37,348 bases of DNA. Origin: a virus (Duplodnaviria > Caudoviricetes). Below the pieces are notes generated by a model. The model searched no databases. It saw only the letters and a program-made list of their open reading frames with translations, and was not told the DNA's origin. Position 1 is the first letter of the stretch, and every line of letters starts with the position of its first letter. A program made the translations under genes and the position numbers. Shown piece after piece: positions 35,724 to 37,348 of this stretch. The DNA lies in IMG/VR virus record IMGVR_UViG_3300025018_000065, positions 1 to 37,348 of that record; one strand, 5' to 3'.

Positions 35724-36470
35724 ATGAAGCACGCCATACTCAGCCCGAGCGCGTCTCACCGCTGGTTGGTGTGCCCCGGTAGCGTGGAAGCCAACGTGGG
35801 TAAACCATGGGAGCAGAGCGTCTTCGCACTGGAGGGCACCAGTGCGCACGCGCTCCTCGAGGTATGCCTCCGTCTGGGTGCAGCCCCTGAAACGTTCTTC
35901 GGTGACACGCTGGAGCCAGGACACATGCCTGTAGACGAGGGCATGACTGACGGTGTTGGCTACGCCTTGGACTACGTAGAGGCGTACACCGCGAACAACC
36001 CCAAGACCAAGGTGCTCATTGAGCATACCGTGGCCTTCGGGGCAGCTATCGGAGCCACTGACGAAGAAGGCTTCGGTACGAGCGACATCATCCTGGACAA
36101 CTTCCCTGCTGAGGTCGTAGTCATCGACTACAAGCATGGTATCGGCCACAGCGTGTCGGTCAAGGACAACAGCCAGCTCCTGCTCTACGCAGTGGGTATG
36201 CGTGCTCAGCGTGGTAGATACCAACGGTATCGCAAGGTGGTGGTTCAGCCACGACTCGCCAAGCGCAAGCCAGTGCAAGAAGCCCCTGCCATGACCGACG
36301 TCAAGATGATGCAGTGGGTAGACAAGGTGGTGCGCCCAGTGGTACCCATAGCGCTCAGCAAGGGTGCTCCCCGTGTAGCTGGTGCGCACTGCCACTACTG
36401 CGCAGCGAACGGTAACTGCCAAGCTCAGTACGAGCTGGTGATGAAGAAGGCAAAGGAGGAGTTCGAATGA
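35724..36470 (+). CDS. DUF2800 PD-(D/E)xK / Cas4-like nuclease, N-terminal part
   Basis: HAILSPSASHRWLVCPGS, EGTSAH, FGTSD, IDYKHG, QLLLYA, HCHYC..C. Confidence 0.88.
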   Translation: MKHAILSPSASHRWLVCPGSVEANVGKPWEQSVFALEGTSAHALLEVCLRLGAAPETFFGDTLEPGHMPVDEGMTDGVGYALDYVEAYTANNPKTKVLIEHTVAFGAAIGATDEEGFGTSDIILDNFPAEVVVIDYKHGIGHSVSVKDNSQLLLYAVGMRAQRGRYQRYRKVVVQPRLAKRKPVQEAPAMTDVKMMQWVDKVVRPVVPIALSKGAPRVAGAHCHYCAANGNCQAQYELVMKKAKEEFE

Positions 36471-36868
36471 AACCCGGTTCCCTCACACCCAAGCAGATAG
36501 CCAAGCTCCTGGACACGCTGGAGATGATGGACAAGATCGGTGAGGCAGTGCGTGCCCATGCCATCGAGCTGGTGCATGCTGGCACCGTCATCCCCGGCTA
36601 CGAGGCCAGCTTCACAGCAGCACGACGCATGTGGAAGGACGAAGAAGCAGCTAACACCACGCTGGAAGAGCTGGGTCTTGCCAAGCGCGAACGGTACACG
36701 GTGGAGCTCCTTAGCCCTGCCCAAGCTGAGAAGCTGCTACGTAGCAAGAAGCTCTGGCCCAAGAAGGTGCGTGGCAGCGCTGGCGACGACTTCACCGACC
36801 CACTGAAACCCGTTGTCGGCTACACAGAGACCAAGCCAAGCATCCGCAAAGCCAGCAGCGAATCCTGA
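36467..36868 (+). CDS. DUF2800 C-terminal part as a separate gene
   Basis: LT..QIA.LL, A..G..IPGY, R.WKDE, LLSPAQAEK; AAGGAGG RBS and ATGA overlap. Confidence 0.75.
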   Translation: MKPGSLTPKQIAKLLDTLEMMDKIGEAVRAHAIELVHAGTVIPGYEASFTAARRMWKDEEAANTTLEELGLAKRERYTVELLSPAQAEKLLRSKKLWPKKVRGSAGDDFTDPLKPVVGYTETKPSIRKASSES

Positions 36869-36888
36869 AACCCAAGACACTTCAGTTG

Positions 36889-37009
36889 TGTGCAGCAGGA
36901 CAGGGCCTAACCGGAAGGGTGTAACTCGCTTCCCCTGCTGTACATCTAGGGGCCTGAGTGGTGGTACCGCGCTTCTGCTGGTCTGAGCGAAATGAAAATC
37001 AGACCAGCA
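36889..37009 (+). promoter_or_regulatory. Structured leader upstream of SSB gene
   Basis: Stems 36889-36899/36934-36944 and 36976-36986/36999-37009. Confidence 0.5.
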
Positions 37010-37038
37010 CCCTCAACCCCCAAACCTGAAAGACCACT

Positions 37039-37348
37039 ATGGCTTCCAATCGACTCCATTCCCCCGAGGGCACTGCCCGTTATGTGAACGTTCTGATTCC
37101 TCGCCAACGCAAGGATTCCAAGGGCGTTCTGTCTGGTGACCCCAAGTACCAGATCACGTTGATCTTCGACGAAGACACAGATATCAAGGCCATGAAGCGT
37201 GCAGCACAAGAAGCAGGCATCGAGAAGTTCGGCCCCAAGTTCCCCGAGCTGGTGAAGAAGGGCAAGATGAACTGGCCTTTCGTTGACAACGAAGACAAGG
37301 TTGACGACGACGACAACCCAATCCCCGGCTTCGAGAATCCAGGCTGCT
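37039..37348 (+). CDS. DUF2815-family ssDNA-binding protein, 5' part (continues at 121..428)
   Basis: MASNRLHSPEGTARYVNVLIP...PKYQITLIF; in frame with ORF 24..428 through the overlap. Confidence 0.85.
   Translation, partial: MASNRLHSPEGTARYVNVLIPRQRKDSKGVLSGDPKYQITLIFDEDTDIKAMKRAAQEAGIEKFGPKFPELVKKGKMNWPFVDNEDKVDDDDNPIPGFENPGC
37229..37348. repeat. 120-bp direct terminal overlap (copy 2)
   Basis: Identical to 1-120. Confidence 0.97.

Noticed and set aside
35724-36470. CRISPR-associated cas4
   Set aside because: No cas1/cas2 or array; sits in the standard DUF2800-DUF2815-PolA phage replication module
37229-37348. Biological direct terminal repeat
   Set aside because: It falls in the middle of the SSB gene and is best explained as an assembler overlap of a circularly permuted genome
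1-37348. Restriction-site avoidance or modification-context k-mer bias
   Set aside because: Cannot be established by eye; needs observed/expected k-mer counts

Overview
The window is a complete, circularly assembled ~37.2 kb tailed-phage genome: bases 1-120 repeat exactly at 37229-37348, and the ssDNA-binding gene runs across the join. No integrase, repressor, tRNA or CRISPR array was recognised. The minus strand (9.2-29.4 kb) carries a P22-like podovirus virion module: small and large terminase, portal, scaffold, coat, gp4- and gp10-like tail parts, three ejection proteins, a beta-helix tailspike and a GH108 lysis cassette. A primase-helicase is also on the minus strand. The plus strand carries early genes and a DUF2800 nuclease / DUF2815 SSB / family A polymerase / VRR-NUC / SNF2 replication module. 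This is followed by a compact five-gene thymidine hypermodification cluster: amino acid:DNA transferase (aGPT-Pplase2-like), 5-hmdU DNA kinase, dUMP hydroxymethylase, HD nucleotidase and DUF3310 kinase. None of the known maturation enzymes is in that cluster. Other points of note are a cupin-SET methyltransferase fusion and a GNAT acetyltransferase embedded among the virion genes, a shared C-terminal DDLL tail on several proteins including the DNA kinase, and a genome-wide GATACC-N3-GGTATC palindrome. There are also two dispersed non-coding repeat elements and a duplicated promoter-plus-gene cassette. All family assignments come from motif recognition by eye and were not confirmed by database search.
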